Below are positions 41,407 to 52,386 of a DNA stretch of 64,000 nt, in pieces (position 1 is the stretch's first letter; each line of letters begins with the position of its first letter). The stretch covers positions 1,984,001 to 2,048,000 of the forward strand of contig CBDBKE010000004.1 in the NCBI GenBank assembly GCA_965206645.1, given 5' to 3'. The stretch comes from Terriglobia bacterium (lineage in GTDB: Bacteria > Acidobacteriota > Terriglobia > JAJPHL01 > JAPKYU01). The position numbers and the translations under genes are program-made. The notes under the pieces were generated by a model, which saw only the letters and a list, made by a program, of their open reading frames with translations, searched no databases and was not told where the DNA came from.

Positions 41407-42397
41407 AACACATTGACCTGACCGGCACTTTTTGTACCAAGTGAAAAGAGAGAGAATCCACTTGAGGAGGGAGTGAGGTCATGCCGACAAGGAGTTACAA
41501 GCCGGAGCAGATTGTAGCGGTGCTACGGCAGATAGAAGTGCAGATGGGGAACGGGAAGACTGCGCCCCAAGCCTGCAAAGAAGCTGGAATCCACACCCAA
41601 ACCTACTACCGGTGGCGGAAGGAATACGGCGGGCTGAAGGTGGTGCAGGCAAAACGGCTGAAGGAGTTGGAGAAGGAAAACACGCGGCTGAAGCGGTTGG
41701 TAGCGGAGCTTTCTCTGGAGAAGCAGGTGCTGCGGGATGTGGCACAGGGAAACTTCTGAGCCCTGAGCGGCGGCGTTGTGCGGTGGAGCGTGCGTGGGAG
41801 CAACACGGGTTGTCGGAACGGCATGCCTGCCGGCTGCTGGGGCAATGGCGAGGGACACAACGATACGAGCCGATTCATCGGGTGGACGAGGATGCTCTGA
41901 CCCGAGCGATCATTGCCCTGGGAGCGAAGTACGGGCGATATGGCTACCGGAGGATCACAGCGTTGCTGCGGAGTGCGGGCTGGGAAGTGGGCAAGGACCG
42001 GGTGCAGCGGATTTGGCGGCGGGAAGGGCTGAAAGTGCCGCAAAAACAAAGGCCGCGAGGACGGCTGTGGCTGAACGACGGTTCCTGTGTACGACTGAGG
42101 CCGGAGCGACCGAACCACGTGTGGAGCTACGACTTCATGAGTGCCAGAACGCACGAGGGGAGAACGCTGCGGCTGCTGACCTTGCTGGATGAGTACACGC
42201 GGGAATGCCTGGCGATCCGGGTGGAGCGGAGGATGGGCAGCCAACAAATCATTGAGGCGTTGTCGGACGTGATGTTGTGGCGAGGGATACCGGAACAGAT
42301 TCGATCCGACAATGGTCCCGAGTTCATCGCCAAACAACTGCGCCAGTGGTTGGCAAATCTAGGGACCGGGACACTGTACATCGAACCGGGCAGTCCC

Positions 42398-43836
42398 GAG
42401 AGTGTCTCACCTTTAGTTGAAAGTTGAGCGGCGGTTCGCTGACCTGGTTCCGTAGAATCGGGTTGGGAAACTTTCTGGAAAGGGGAACCGCCGTGCAGAG
42501 AAGCTACCACATCCTAGGCCGGAGCGATAGCCGAAGCTCCCGCAAACTGGCTGCCTACCTGGCTCGCCACGGGCAGTTTCTGCTGCCCTGGGTGGAGTTG
42601 ATCGAACAATCGCGGTTAGCCGTCGACGAGCTGATCGACGTGGTGGGTAGGGCGGCGATTGAAGCGGTGCTGGAGTTGTCGGCCGCGCAGGTGGCCGGTC
42701 CACGCCGTCAGGGCCGGCGGCGCCGTGGGGTGGGCTGGTATGGGCGCCAGCGGGGACGGGTGCGCCTGAAGGAGAGAAAGCTGGCCGTGCACAGGCCACG
42801 GCTCCGGCGGCCAGGCCGGGGAGCGGGGAAAGAAGTTCCCCTCCCGGCCTACGAAGCCATGCAGGAGGGCGAGGGTCTGGGGGCCCGGATGTTGGATATC
42901 TTGCTGCGGGGCGTCTCGACCCGGCAGTACCAGCGGGTGTTGCCGGAGATGGCGGACACCGTGGGTGTGTCGCGCTCCACGGTCAGCCGGGAAACGATGG
43001 AGGCTGCCGCAGCCGAGTTAGAACGTCTGTTGAACCGCCGCTTCGAGGAAGTAGAGTTGCTGATCCTCTACATCGACGGGATGGTGTTTGGCGACCATCA
43101 CGTGATTGCGGCTGTGGGCGTGGATGCGGAAGGGCACAAGCACGTGCTGGGGATTCAGCAGGGGGCTACGGAGAACGCCGCGGCCGTCCAGGACTTGCTG
43201 GAAGGTTTAGTGCGGCGAGGGGTGCAGCCGGCCCAGAAACGGCTGTTTGTGATCGACGGCTCGAAGGCCTTGCGGGCGGCGATCCGCGCCGTGTTCGGGG
43301 CCGAGCAGCCGGTGCAGCGCTGCCGCGCCCACAAGTTGCGCAACGTCCTGGACCGGTTGCCGGAGCCAGAGCGGGACCAGGTGCGGGCGGCGATGCGGGC
43401 CGCCTGGCGGTTGGATCCGAAGACCGGCAGGGCCAAGCTGGAGAAGTTGGCCCAATGGTTGGAGCGAGATTGTCCGGCCGCGGCGGCCAGCTTACGGGAG
43501 GGTCTGGAGGAATGTTTCACCATCAACCGGCTGGGGCTTCCGGCTTCGCTACATCGCTGTCTGGCCACCACCAATCTCATCGAGAGTCCGCAGGCGGGAG
43601 TGAGGTTGCGAACTCGCCGGGTGTGCCGCTGGCGGGATGCGGCCATGGTCCAGCGCTGGGTCGCCTCCAGCTTCCTGGCCACGGAGAAAAACTTCCGCCG
43701 CCTGATGGGGTGCCAGGACCTGTGGATGTTGAAAGCGATCCTCGAAGGATCAAAGTCGGCCACTCGACGGGAGGTGGCGTAGTATGATGGCTCCGAACCG
43801 CCGCTACGAACTTTTAACTGAGTTCAGGACACCCTC
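42398..43836 (+). mobile_element. IS256-family element with 8-bp TSD GCAGTCCC
   Basis: IRs GAGAGTGTC / GACACCCTC; TSD at 42390-42397 and 43837-43844. Confidence 0.93.
42493..43782 (+). CDS. IS256-family transposase
   Basis: GVSTRQY, LYIDG, VIDGSKAL, QRCRAHKLRN, TTNLIES. Confidence 0.92.
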   Translation: MQRSYHILGRSDSRSSRKLAAYLARHGQFLLPWVELIEQSRLAVDELIDVVGRAAIEAVLELSAAQVAGPRRQGRRRRGVGWYGRQRGRVRLKERKLAVHRPRLRRPGRGAGKEVPLPAYEAMQEGEGLGARMLDILLRGVSTRQYQRVLPEMADTVGVSRSTVSRETMEAAAAELERLLNRRFEEVELLILYIDGMVFGDHHVIAAVGVDAEGHKHVLGIQQGATENAAAVQDLLEGLVRRGVQPAQKRLFVIDGSKALRAAIRAVFGAEQPVQRCRAHKLRNVLDRLPEPERDQVRAAMRAAWRLDPKTGRAKLEKLAQWLERDCPAAAASLREGLEECFTINRLGLPASLHRCLATTNLIESPQAGVRLRTRRVCRWRDAAMVQRWVASSFLATEKNFRRLMGCQDLWMLKAILEGSKSATRREVA

Positions 43837-44110
43837 GCAGTCCCTGGGAGAACGGGTACTGCGAGAGTTTCAATGGGAAGCTGCGGGACGAATGCCTGAA
43901 TGGAGAGATCTTCTACTCGTTGAAGGAGGCACAGGTGGTGATTGAACAGTGGAGGGTGCAATACAACACGGTGCGGCCGCACTCGGCGCTCGGCTATAGG
44001 CCCCCGGCGCCGGGGGCCTATAGCCCTCCCCTGCCACTGAAACCAGTTTCACAGCCCCAGGCTGCGATGTGAACTCTCACTACGGTTGGTACAAAAAATC
44101 GGTCTGGTCA

Positions 44111-44478
44111 CCTTCGGCTCACCGTGCTGTAGTTGGGCACTGGGAGGTCGAGAGCCATGAGCGCCACGATGGATTGAAGGAACCCTTGAGTGGTCCGTAG
44201 GTTGAGGTGAAACACCGAATTCAGGACCAGCGCACATTGGATCGCCGCATCTGCGTAGACCTTGGGCCGGCCTCGCCCTTCGAAGGGTCCTGGATGACGC
44301 CAGGCAGCGACTGCCTCCGTGTCGAACCACAGTGTCAGCTGCCCACGTTTCACCAGAGCCCGGTTGTACTCCGGCCAGTTGCGAACCTTATATCGGAAGG
44401 TGTAGTCGCTTTTGCCCATCCCCTAGCCTATCAGGAGGGAGAGCGTTGGGGATGGAGTCAGATTTCTGCAACAACGCC
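44111..44478 (-). mobile_element. IS5 5' fragment truncated by IS3
   Basis: Left IR plus first 103 codons. Confidence 0.9.
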
Positions 44479-44638
44479 ATTCATAACGGTCACAGCCCTC
44501 CCTATCCGCCCTTGGCTTTCGGGACTTCTGTGGGCCGCTCGAAAGAGGTGCTATATGCTATACTTTGCCGAGGTTGGTGGCTTGAATCAACCCCTATTGA
44601 GTGGTGGTATGGGACTCTATCCGTGAGAAGACTGCGAA

Positions 44639-45610
44639 ATGGCGATTAATAGAGAGCTTATCGAGCAGAAGAAAGTCTTTTCTGAGTATCTAAGAAAGAA
44701 AAAACTAAAAATCACCCGACAACGCCAGGTCATCCTCGACACTTTCCTGAGAACTGAAGGACACATGGTCACGGATGAGCTCTATCAGAAGGTCCGGAAG
44801 AAGGACAGGACTATTGGATATGCAACGGTTTCGCGAACCATGAAGGCCTTGACCGGCGCGGGTCTGGCACGAGAGATCGACCTGGGTGACAGTCGTAGCC
44901 ATTTTGAACCCATCTACAAGCGTCCGCACCACCATCACATCATTTGTGTGGAGTGTCAGCAGACGATTGAATTCCTCAGCCCCGAGTTGGAGCAGCTTCA
45001 AAAACAGATTGTCTCACGATACCGCTTTCGACCTCTTCGACATCACTTTCAAGTGTTTGGCGTCTGTGGCGATTGCCAGAAGCAGCGTTCGCATCAACAT
45101 GAGGTCTTCGATTCAGATCTGGTCTTTGCGCGAGATGCCTTACAGATTGCCTTGCAGACAGAGAAAAATGGCGTCAACTTTTACCAGTCCTTGGCCAGAT
45201 CGGTCAGGAGCGAGCGGGGCCACGAGGCCTTCCTCAAGATGGCTTCTAAAGAGAAACAGCACCTTCGTGAACTCGAGACTGAATGGACTGCGTTTGTGAA
45301 ACGACACAAGAGAATCCTGAAGGCGCCCGTCTTTTTGCACTTCGAATACAGCGAGTTACAAAGACTGTTTCCAACCCCCAAAGAGTTGCAAAAAAAGAAC
45401 CTGAAACGACTAAGCCTGGAAGAGGCCCTGCAGTTGGCTATGTCCATCGAGAAAGAAGCTCATCATTTTTTCCACCGCTACGCAGAAAACTTCGGTGACA
45501 CCAAGGGGAAAGCCATTTTTCTGAAGTTTGCCGAAGATGAATTGGAGCACTACGATCTGATTCAACAAGAGTACAATCGTCTCAGGGACTCCGCAAGCCT
45601 TCCCGCCTGA
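44639..45610 (+). CDS. Fur-family regulator fused to ferritin/rubrerythrin-like domain
   Basis: TRQRQVIL, ATVSRT, HHHIICVEC, CGDC; C-terminal EKNG..FY...EKQH and EKEA...ELEH. Confidence 0.85.
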   Translation: MAINRELIEQKKVFSEYLRKKKLKITRQRQVILDTFLRTEGHMVTDELYQKVRKKDRTIGYATVSRTMKALTGAGLAREIDLGDSRSHFEPIYKRPHHHHIICVECQQTIEFLSPELEQLQKQIVSRYRFRPLRHHFQVFGVCGDCQKQRSHQHEVFDSDLVFARDALQIALQTEKNGVNFYQSLARSVRSERGHEAFLKMASKEKQHLRELETEWTAFVKRHKRILKAPVFLHFEYSELQRLFPTPKELQKKNLKRLSLEEALQLAMSIEKEAHHFFHRYAENFGDTKGKAIFLKFAEDELEHYDLIQQEYNRLRDSASLPA

Positions 45611-45733
45611 AGCAAAAGATCCTGGATCTATTCGGAAAATACTGTCTGATAAACTGTACAGTAGGTGAAGGTTGTTCCCGCTGGAGTCTTCATCTCCTAG
45701 CGTTTGCGTCCCAGTCTAAAATAAATCCCGGCC

Positions 45734-46000
45734 ATGAAGAGGCGCGGGAGTCCCGACCGCGCTGAATTTTGGTGGGACCCCAAGCAGCCTGACGAGCCGG
45801 TGCTTCTTGACAGCAAGACCGAACGAGGCGAGAAGTTCTTCCAGGAGATCATCCGCCACTCCGTGCCGCTGGACATGCACATCCTCAAGGCGCTTGAAGC
45901 GATCCTCGCTAGGCCTCAATCCCTACCTCTGGCTCACCTACCGGACTTTCACGCTCAAGCGCCCTCAGCGCCTGTACCGCACTCGGGGAGGGTGAGCCAT
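45734..46000 (+). pseudogene. Plasmid replication initiator RepA-like C-terminal fragment, frameshifted
   Basis: FWWDPKQPD...GEKFFQEIIRHSVPLDMHILKAL / KRSSLGL..YLWLTYRTF in two frames. Confidence 0.7.
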
Positions 46001-46004
46001 TGCG

Positions 46005-47612
46005 TCACTGGCTGCGCCCCACGTGAATGGCTTCAATCAGATCGAAGTTGCTCCCGCCGGACGCACCGCCGATGACCAAAACGCTCTCGCCCATTGATGT
46101 GAGGCGATGGGCTACCCGGGGCGTCGAGCTACCCGCTTTCTCCCACGCTTGACCGGATTCGCTGAGGCGGAAAATCGATCCTTCGGAGACGCTCACGTAG
46201 AGTCGCTGGTCATGGACGACCACGGCCGGCGCGAACCCGGTGGTCTGGCCGACTTGAGGTAATGGGGGACCCTCGCTCCACGTGTCGCTCTGGGAATCGT
46301 AGATCGAAGCGTTGCGCACGACTTGATTCTGGTCGGTGAAGCCGCCAATGACGTACATTTTACCTTGGAAGGCTGCCGCCATGAGCGCTCTCCGGCGGAA
46401 GGGCTGCTGGACGGCGCGCCACGTCGGCTCCTCCGCTCCCAGATCCATCACGAGTATGGTCTCGGCCCATTCCTGCTCGTCGCCCTTCATGGTCCAGCCG
46501 CCCACCACGATGAGTTGCTCGTTCAACACCACCACGTCATGCGAGGAGCGCGGTTCCGGCAGCGCCGGCAACTCTTCCCACATCTTTGTACTCGTGTTGA
46601 AGCGTGCGACGTCGGCCACCGAATGATTGTCCGCGGCCTCGCCGGGAGCGTTCCTCGGTGCCATGCCGCCGACTCGATAGATGAAGCCGTCGTGAGCGGC
46701 AAGATTCATCCCTTGCAGACCACGTCCGCCGGGAAGCTCTTCCCAGTTCGTCTCGCCCTCCAGACGAATACGACTGAAGCGGCCGGATACGCCCTCGGTG
46801 GAGTAAACGTGGGTGGGCGAAATATGTCCCCCGTAGATGTAAAGCCACCCGTTCTCGGACGCGGCCCCGAAGCTCGAGGTCGCCTCCGGAAGCGTTGCAA
46901 AGTTCGACGCGGTACTCGACGTGTCCGGCGCGGCTTGAGACGATTCCGTCTCTGCGTCGAACACGAGCGTGGCGTAATGACGAACCTGCTCGTACCGGGT
47001 CCCATCCCGTTCACCTGCGGTCTCTTCCCAAAAACGCGCCCAGGCCCCGTAGCGGCCGGTCGCGGTGAACTTTTCCGTCCGGCCATGCTCGTCGGTCCTG
47101 ACGACCTTCGAGGTTCCGTCCGGCAAGATGACTGTGATTTCCGCGTTCGCGTGCGGTTTGCCGTGGGCAAGCAACTGTAGCGTCATGTCTCCCGCCCGTC
47201 CTACGGGGACGATTTCGACGACGGCCATCCCACCCACCTTCGTCTTCGAATCAAAGGCGTACCCGACGATTGCCTTCGGGTAATAGAGCAGGACGTGCGC
47301 TTTCCCGCGATTCATGACACCCAGGTCCGTCAGTCCATGGACAACGCGCGTTCCGCTGCCCGGCAGCGGCGCCGTGAACACTTCACCGGTACGGGTAAGC
47401 GAGAGAGGGGCTTCGCAGTTTTCTGCGTCGCGGACGAGCAGATCAGAGCCGCCGATGAGCCCGATGTCAATTTGAGGATCGGGATTGAGAGTCTCGCTCA
47501 TGATGATCCTGACGGTCGCCCCGGTCGCATCGGGGACGACGAATGTGAAATGTGCCTGCGCGGCGCAGGCGGCAGCTTGCCAGATCAGGACGGCGATTAG
47601 TAGATGTTTCAT
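46005..47612 (-). CDS. Secreted DUF4198-like plus Kelch-repeat protein
   Basis: Signal then AHFTFVVP; Kelch motifs LYIYGG, IYRVGG, LIVVGG, MYVIGG, VLVIGG. Confidence 0.8.
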   Translation of the reverse strand: MKHLLIAVLIWQAAACAAQAHFTFVVPDATGATVRIIMSETLNPDPQIDIGLIGGSDLLVRDAENCEAPLSLTRTGEVFTAPLPGSGTRVVHGLTDLGVMNRGKAHVLLYYPKAIVGYAFDSKTKVGGMAVVEIVPVGRAGDMTLQLLAHGKPHANAEITVILPDGTSKVVRTDEHGRTEKFTATGRYGAWARFWEETAGERDGTRYEQVRHYATLVFDAETESSQAAPDTSSTASNFATLPEATSSFGAASENGWLYIYGGHISPTHVYSTEGVSGRFSRIRLEGETNWEELPGGRGLQGMNLAAHDGFIYRVGGMAPRNAPGEAADNHSVADVARFNTSTKMWEELPALPEPRSSHDVVVLNEQLIVVGGWTMKGDEQEWAETILVMDLGAEEPTWRAVQQPFRRRALMAAAFQGKMYVIGGFTDQNQVVRNASIYDSQSDTWSEGPPLPQVGQTTGFAPAVVVHDQRLYVSVSEGSIFRLSESGQAWEKAGSSTPRVAHRLTSMGESVLVIGGASGGSNFDLIEAIHVGRSQ

Positions 47613-47641
47613 GATGTAGTTCTCCTTCTGCGCTTGGTTTG

Positions 47642-50035
47642 TTAAAGGGCGTTGCTGTTGAAGATCAGGTCGATGCCAAAGCGGAAATCTCGCCCGGGTT
47701 GATGGACCGTCTCGAACAAGCCGAAGTAGGTCCGATTGCCGACGTTCTCCATTCCCGCATGGAAGTTGATCGCTGAAATTCCCGCGGGCAGGCGCGCCGC
47801 CAGACCTCGCTCGCCTCGCACCAAGTTGTAGCCGGTGCGCCAGCCAAAAGTCGTATAGCCGCGAATCGGGGTTGCTCCGGCAGGGACACGGTCACTGCCG
47901 CTGACCAGAAAGCTACCAAACTCGCTCCAGAGCCTCGTGCGTCTCGGCGCCCAGCGCAGTCTGGCTTGACCGATGAAGGGAGCGATCAACGAGAGCGGTT
48001 CGCCGCTGCCCCGGTTGTCGCCTCGCTGCCAGGCCGCGCTGAAAGTCAAAGCCCACTGCGAACCGAGTCCGCTCACAGAATATTCGGTGGTTGATTCGAT
48101 TCCCTGAATACGCGCTTCCAGAACGTTGATGTTCTGGAATACCGTCTGGCCTGATAAGTTTGGCGCTCCGTTGAACGTGCCGGGAGCCGAGCTAATCAAG
48201 TTGTTCAGGCTATTCAGAAAATAGTTCACTGAAATCTTCACGGGGGCGCTGCGAAAGTGCACGCCCGTATCGAGCTGAAGCGAGGTCTCCGGTTGCAGAG
48301 ACGGATTCGGGACGATAAATCCGCCAACGGAGCCGCGTCCGAAGAAGTATCGTTCGAATAGGTTCGGCGCTCGGAACGCCCGGCCCACGTTCCCGCTCAC
48401 CAGCCATCCGCGCCCGACATCGATGCTGGCTCCGATATTCCCACTGATCGCGTTTTCGGTTTCGCCACCGTCGACGGCTGCCGCCACGTCTGGATCGAAA
48501 CCCAGCGTATCGAACGTCTTGAGTTCAAAATGGTCGGCACGCAAGCCGGCGGTGATGCGCGCGCGGCTCGTGGCTTGAAACTGGTCCTGGAAGAAGAAGC
48601 CCGTACCGGAAAAAGACGAATCGGGAACGCTCGGCGCGGCGTCAAGCACCCTCGGCGACGGCCCGGCGCCGATCAGGGTTTGCAATCGAAAGTCGCGATT
48701 GCGGTCGCGATAGTAGGAGATGCCATAGGTCAGCACGTGCGTCGGTGCCGGCAAACTGGTCGCCTGGACGTCTAAGCCCGAGCTTTGCACATCCGTCTCC
48801 GTCGTGCTCAGAATCTTCACGGTAGGACCGGCGAGTATTCGGTTGGAGAAGTTACGACTCTGGTTCTGGGTGTAGAATTTGGCCTGGATCGACGACAACG
48901 CCGGCGAACGGAAGCTCTTTTGATAGCCGCCACTGTACTTGACTATCTTGCTGTAGGGGAACTCCGCTAAGAAAACTGGGTTCTCTTCGAAGCTCGGAAG
49001 GCCGAAGTTGTTGCCCGCTCGATGCAAGAACTGGAAGGAGAAAGTCTGATCCGACGGCACAAAGAAGCGGAGTGCGCCCACGGCGCTGTTCTTATCGACT
49101 CCGGAAAAAAAGATTTCCGAAGCCGGTGATCGGTAATTCTCCATACTACCTGTGCTGCCCTGCACCCATGCGCTAAACCAACGGTTTCCGGCGGATAGCT
49201 CGGTGTTCGCACGCACACCGTTGCTGTTGGGAAAGCTCGTCGCGCCTAGTCGGGCGCCGAATCCGATATCGTCTCTGGGCTGCGCGTTGCGCGTTCTGAT
49301 ATTGACGACGCCGCCAAACGCATCACTTCCATACAGCACGGAGCCGGGGCCCCGTACGACCTCCACCTGCTGGATATTCGACACATCCACTAGGGACGTC
49401 TCAATGCCGCCTTGGCCCGTCGAGGTACGGTTGTTGTTCAGCCGCTCGCCGTCCACTAGCACGAGGATGCGATTGCTGTCCAGTCCCCGAATCACCGGCC
49501 GGCTTCTGAAAGGGCCGGCGCCCCGCCAGGTTACGCCTGGAACCTCGGTCAGTGCCTGGGCCAGATTGGTCGGCATGTATTCGCCGAGCCGCCGGTCTGA
49601 GACGAGCGCGGTTGGCAGGGGCAATCGCGAAGTGTCGGTTTCTTGGCGAGCGGCGGTCACTACAATGCCTTCATGCAGCCCGGCTGGCTGTAGTTCTATC
49701 TGGAGATCGGTGCCCGCGTCCTCCACCTGCACCGTGACTGTCCGGCGCTCGAAGCCCGGCGAATAGGCCTCAAGTTCGTAGGTTCCCGAGGCCACGCCGT
49801 CGAAACGAAACTGGCCTAGGCTGTCGGTAGTCGTGGTTCGTCTTACGGGCGCCGTATCGTCCCCGGTTCGGACGGCAACTCGGACGCCGACTACCGTAAG
49901 GCCTTGCGTGTCCCGAATGGAGCCGGTCAACTCTGCCGCATCCAGCGGACTTGTGGCGAACGCTGCCAACATTACCCAAGCGACAACCGCCAGGGTAAGA
50001 GGGCAGGGCAGGGCGATTCTTCGGGTAAGTATCAC
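47642..50035 (-). CDS. TonB-dependent receptor
   Basis: IVVTA, PVIRGL..NRILVLVDG, VEVVRGPGSVLYGSDAFGGVVNI, FRAPNL, NPSLQPE; GTG start with AAGGAGG RBS. Confidence 0.93.
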   Translation of the reverse strand: MILTRRIALPCPLTLAVVAWVMLAAFATSPLDAAELTGSIRDTQGLTVVGVRVAVRTGDDTAPVRRTTTTDSLGQFRFDGVASGTYELEAYSPGFERRTVTVQVEDAGTDLQIELQPAGLHEGIVVTAARQETDTSRLPLPTALVSDRRLGEYMPTNLAQALTEVPGVTWRGAGPFRSRPVIRGLDSNRILVLVDGERLNNNRTSTGQGGIETSLVDVSNIQQVEVVRGPGSVLYGSDAFGGVVNIRTRNAQPRDDIGFGARLGATSFPNSNGVRANTELSAGNRWFSAWVQGSTGSMENYRSPASEIFFSGVDKNSAVGALRFFVPSDQTFSFQFLHRAGNNFGLPSFEENPVFLAEFPYSKIVKYSGGYQKSFRSPALSSIQAKFYTQNQSRNFSNRILAGPTVKILSTTETDVQSSGLDVQATSLPAPTHVLTYGISYYRDRNRDFRLQTLIGAGPSPRVLDAAPSVPDSSFSGTGFFFQDQFQATSRARITAGLRADHFELKTFDTLGFDPDVAAAVDGGETENAISGNIGASIDVGRGWLVSGNVGRAFRAPNLFERYFFGRGSVGGFIVPNPSLQPETSLQLDTGVHFRSAPVKISVNYFLNSLNNLISSAPGTFNGAPNLSGQTVFQNINVLEARIQGIESTTEYSVSGLGSQWALTFSAAWQRGDNRGSGEPLSLIAPFIGQARLRWAPRRTRLWSEFGSFLVSGSDRVPAGATPIRGYTTFGWRTGYNLVRGERGLAARLPAGISAINFHAGMENVGNRTYFGLFETVHQPGRDFRFGIDLIFNSNAL

Positions 50036-50115
50036 GATATCCTCCTTAGAATCAGGGCCTATGAGGAAGAGGCACCAAAGGGTGCATTCCTGCAAAAGCG
50101 CTTACTGCTGGAAAT

Positions 50116-50144
50116 AGTATAATGAACATGAATATCACTTGCAA
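50116..50144 (-). promoter_or_regulatory. Sigma70 promoter with Fur-box-like operator
   Basis: Minus strand TTGCAA-17nt-TATACT; AGTGATATTCATGTTCATT overlaps the spacer. Confidence 0.7.
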
Positions 50145-50227
50145 GTTATTTAGTAGGGGTTCGGGATGCTGTGCTTCGTGGTCGTCATGCTCCTTCTCTT
50201 GGCCGCTGTCACCTACGCTCAGGTGCC

Positions 50228-50314
50228 GTGGTGACCAGCAACCTGCCGTTCAACGAATGGACGGAGGCCTTCGGATCGGAGCGGCTGACCGGAGCCCTGC
50301 TGGATTGTCTCACC
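50228..50314 (+). pseudogene. istB: IS21 helper ATPase IstB fragment
   Basis: VTSNLPFNEWTEAFGSERLTGALLDCLT. Confidence 0.75.
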
Positions 50315-51376
50315 GGCGTTGTTGCAGAAATCTGCCTCCATCCCCAACGCTCTCCCCCCTGATAGGCTAGGGGATGGGCAAAAGCGACTACACCTTCCGA
50401 TATAAGGTTCGCAACTGGCCGGAGTACAACCGGGCTCTGGTGAAACGTGGGCAGCTGACACTGTGGTTCGACACGGAGGCAGTCGCTGCCTGGCGTCATC
50501 CAGGACCCTTCGAAGGGCGAGGCCGGCCCAAGGTCTACGCAGATGCGGCGATCCAATGTGCGCTGGTCCTGAATTCGGTGTTTCACCTCAACCTACGGAC
50601 CACTCAAGGGTTCCTTCAATCCATCGTGGCGCTCATGGCTCTCGACCTCCCAGTGCCCAACTACAGCACGGTGAGCCGAAGGCAAAGCGCCGTCGACGTC
50701 CGACTGAGTGTAGGGCCCACGGATCGACCACGACATGTCGTCATCGATTCGACGGGCCTGAAGATCTACGGAGCCGGTGAGTGGCACATCAGAAAACACC
50801 GAACCCTCCGCCGTAGGACATGGCGAAAGCTCCACCTAGGCGTCGATGAGACGACGAAAGAGATCGTTGCGATGGACCTGACTGCGAGCAACGTCCACGA
50901 CGCCCGAAGGCTCTCTTCGTTGCTGTCTAAGACTCCTGGTTCGATCGGGCAAGTCTCCGCAGACCGGGCCTACGACACGGGTTCCTGCTACGAGGCCGTA
51001 CTCCAGCACGACGCTATCGTGACGATCTTGCCGCGACGCAATGCACGATGCAGCCGAGACTCTCATCCGCCTCCGTGGCGTGCGATGCGTGATACCCATC
51101 TCCGGCGTATTAGGACGCAGGGCCGTTATGAGTGGCGGAAGTCGAGTGGCTGCACTCGCCAGAGCGTGGCGGAGAATGCGGTCTCACGGTACAAGGCGAT
51201 ACTCGGGGTAAGCCTCTCGGCCCGCACGGTCAAGAACCAAAAAGTCGAAGCCGCGATCAAGTGCGCTGTGCTGAACCGGATGGCGGAGCTTGGAATGCCA
51301 CGATCGGAGCGCGTGTACTGAGGCGGATGAGCTTCTCGGCCCGGTTTGCCGCGAGCGCGAATTACGCAACAACGCC
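50315..51376 (+). mobile_element. IS5-family element, complete
   Basis: 1062 bp, both IRs. Confidence 0.93.
50374..51321 (+). CDS. IS5-family transposase
   Basis: Near-identical to other copies. Confidence 0.93.
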   Translation: MGKSDYTFRYKVRNWPEYNRALVKRGQLTLWFDTEAVAAWRHPGPFEGRGRPKVYADAAIQCALVLNSVFHLNLRTTQGFLQSIVALMALDLPVPNYSTVSRRQSAVDVRLSVGPTDRPRHVVIDSTGLKIYGAGEWHIRKHRTLRRRTWRKLHLGVDETTKEIVAMDLTASNVHDARRLSSLLSKTPGSIGQVSADRAYDTGSCYEAVLQHDAIVTILPRRNARCSRDSHPPPWRAMRDTHLRRIRTQGRYEWRKSSGCTRQSVAENAVSRYKAILGVSLSARTVKNQKVEAAIKCAVLNRMAELGMPRSERVY

Positions 51377-51445
51377 GGTCCACAACCCGAGGGGCATCCT
51401 CACCACCTACCTGTAGACCGATCAGGTCCTGGTGACGGAGGAGCG

Positions 51446-51847
51446 ATGATTGAGCATCTCCAGGGACGCGAGAATCAACTGGAGCCTCTTAGCTGGACGG
51501 GCAAACAGGCCGAATGGATCGTCTTGGCCTGTCTGCACGGCGATGGGGTCTTCACCCGGGCACAACTTTCCTTCTATCTCCAGATGAGTCGCTGGCAGGC
51601 GCTTCGATTTGTCCGTTCCCTGGTCACCAAAGGGTTCGCCGCTGAGGACATTCTGGAGGACCAGAAAGTGTTCCGGATCTTCAGTCGGCGGATCTACCAG
51701 GCATTGGGCACCGAGGACATCCGCCACCGCCGGGTGGCGTCTAGGGAGATTCTCCTCAGGCGCCTGCTCTTGCTCGACTACGTGATCGAGCACACCGGTC
51801 TGCCGTGGCTGCGACCTTCTCCGCCTCGGTCGCCAGCCACGGCATGA
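51446..51847 (+). pseudogene. Mobile-element hypothetical protein, truncated
   Basis: GGAGGA RBS; WIVLACLHGDGVFTRAQ...RRLLLLDYVIEH..LPWL. Confidence 0.5.
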
Positions 51848-52085
51848 CCTATGAAGAGGAAGACTGGGTCGACCAGGACGCCACCGCGCATCGCGGTCCG
51901 AATGAATAGCAGCGATCCGGCTGATCAAGGACGCGCTTCCGTTTCTCCAGAAGGCCCTCTTTGAGGGCGTAATTTGTAATTCGCCAGCGACAGGTTGCCG
52001 AACCCCTTTATAGAGCAAACCAAAGATGTGGTGCTAGCAGCGTCTTGCATCTCCGGAGTATTACGTCTATCGTAATAGAGATGGC

Positions 52086-52370
52086 ATGATCCGGTCCTTC
52101 GGCAACAAGCGCACCGCAAACGTCTTCAACGGCGTGAGAGATGTATCTTTCCCAACCTCGCTCGTGAAGCAGGCGCGGAGCAAGCTGGACCGGATCAACT
52201 ATGCGGCAAGTGTTAACGACCTCCGCATGCCTCCAGGCAACCGGCTTGAGCGGCTCCGGGGTGATCGCGATGGGCAATACAGTATTCGTGTCTCGCGCGG
52301 TTGGCGGATTTGCTTTGTCTGGAAAGATGGAGACGCGTTCGAGGTGGAGTTGACCAACCACTACGATTGA
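52086..52370 (+). CDS. higB: HigB-family toxin
   Basis: MIRSF...LRMPPGNRLERLRGDRDGQYSIRV...WRICF. Confidence 0.92.
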   Translation: MIRSFGNKRTANVFNGVRDVSFPTSLVKQARSKLDRINYAASVNDLRMPPGNRLERLRGDRDGQYSIRVSRGWRICFVWKDGDAFEVELTNHYD

Positions 52371-52386
52371 GGAAGGGAGCAAGAGA

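Larger units (their letters stand above)
41414..44110 (+). mobile_element. IS3 type A interrupted by IS256
   Basis: Both IRs; orfA 41481..41759; orfB split at 42397/43837. Confidence 0.93.
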
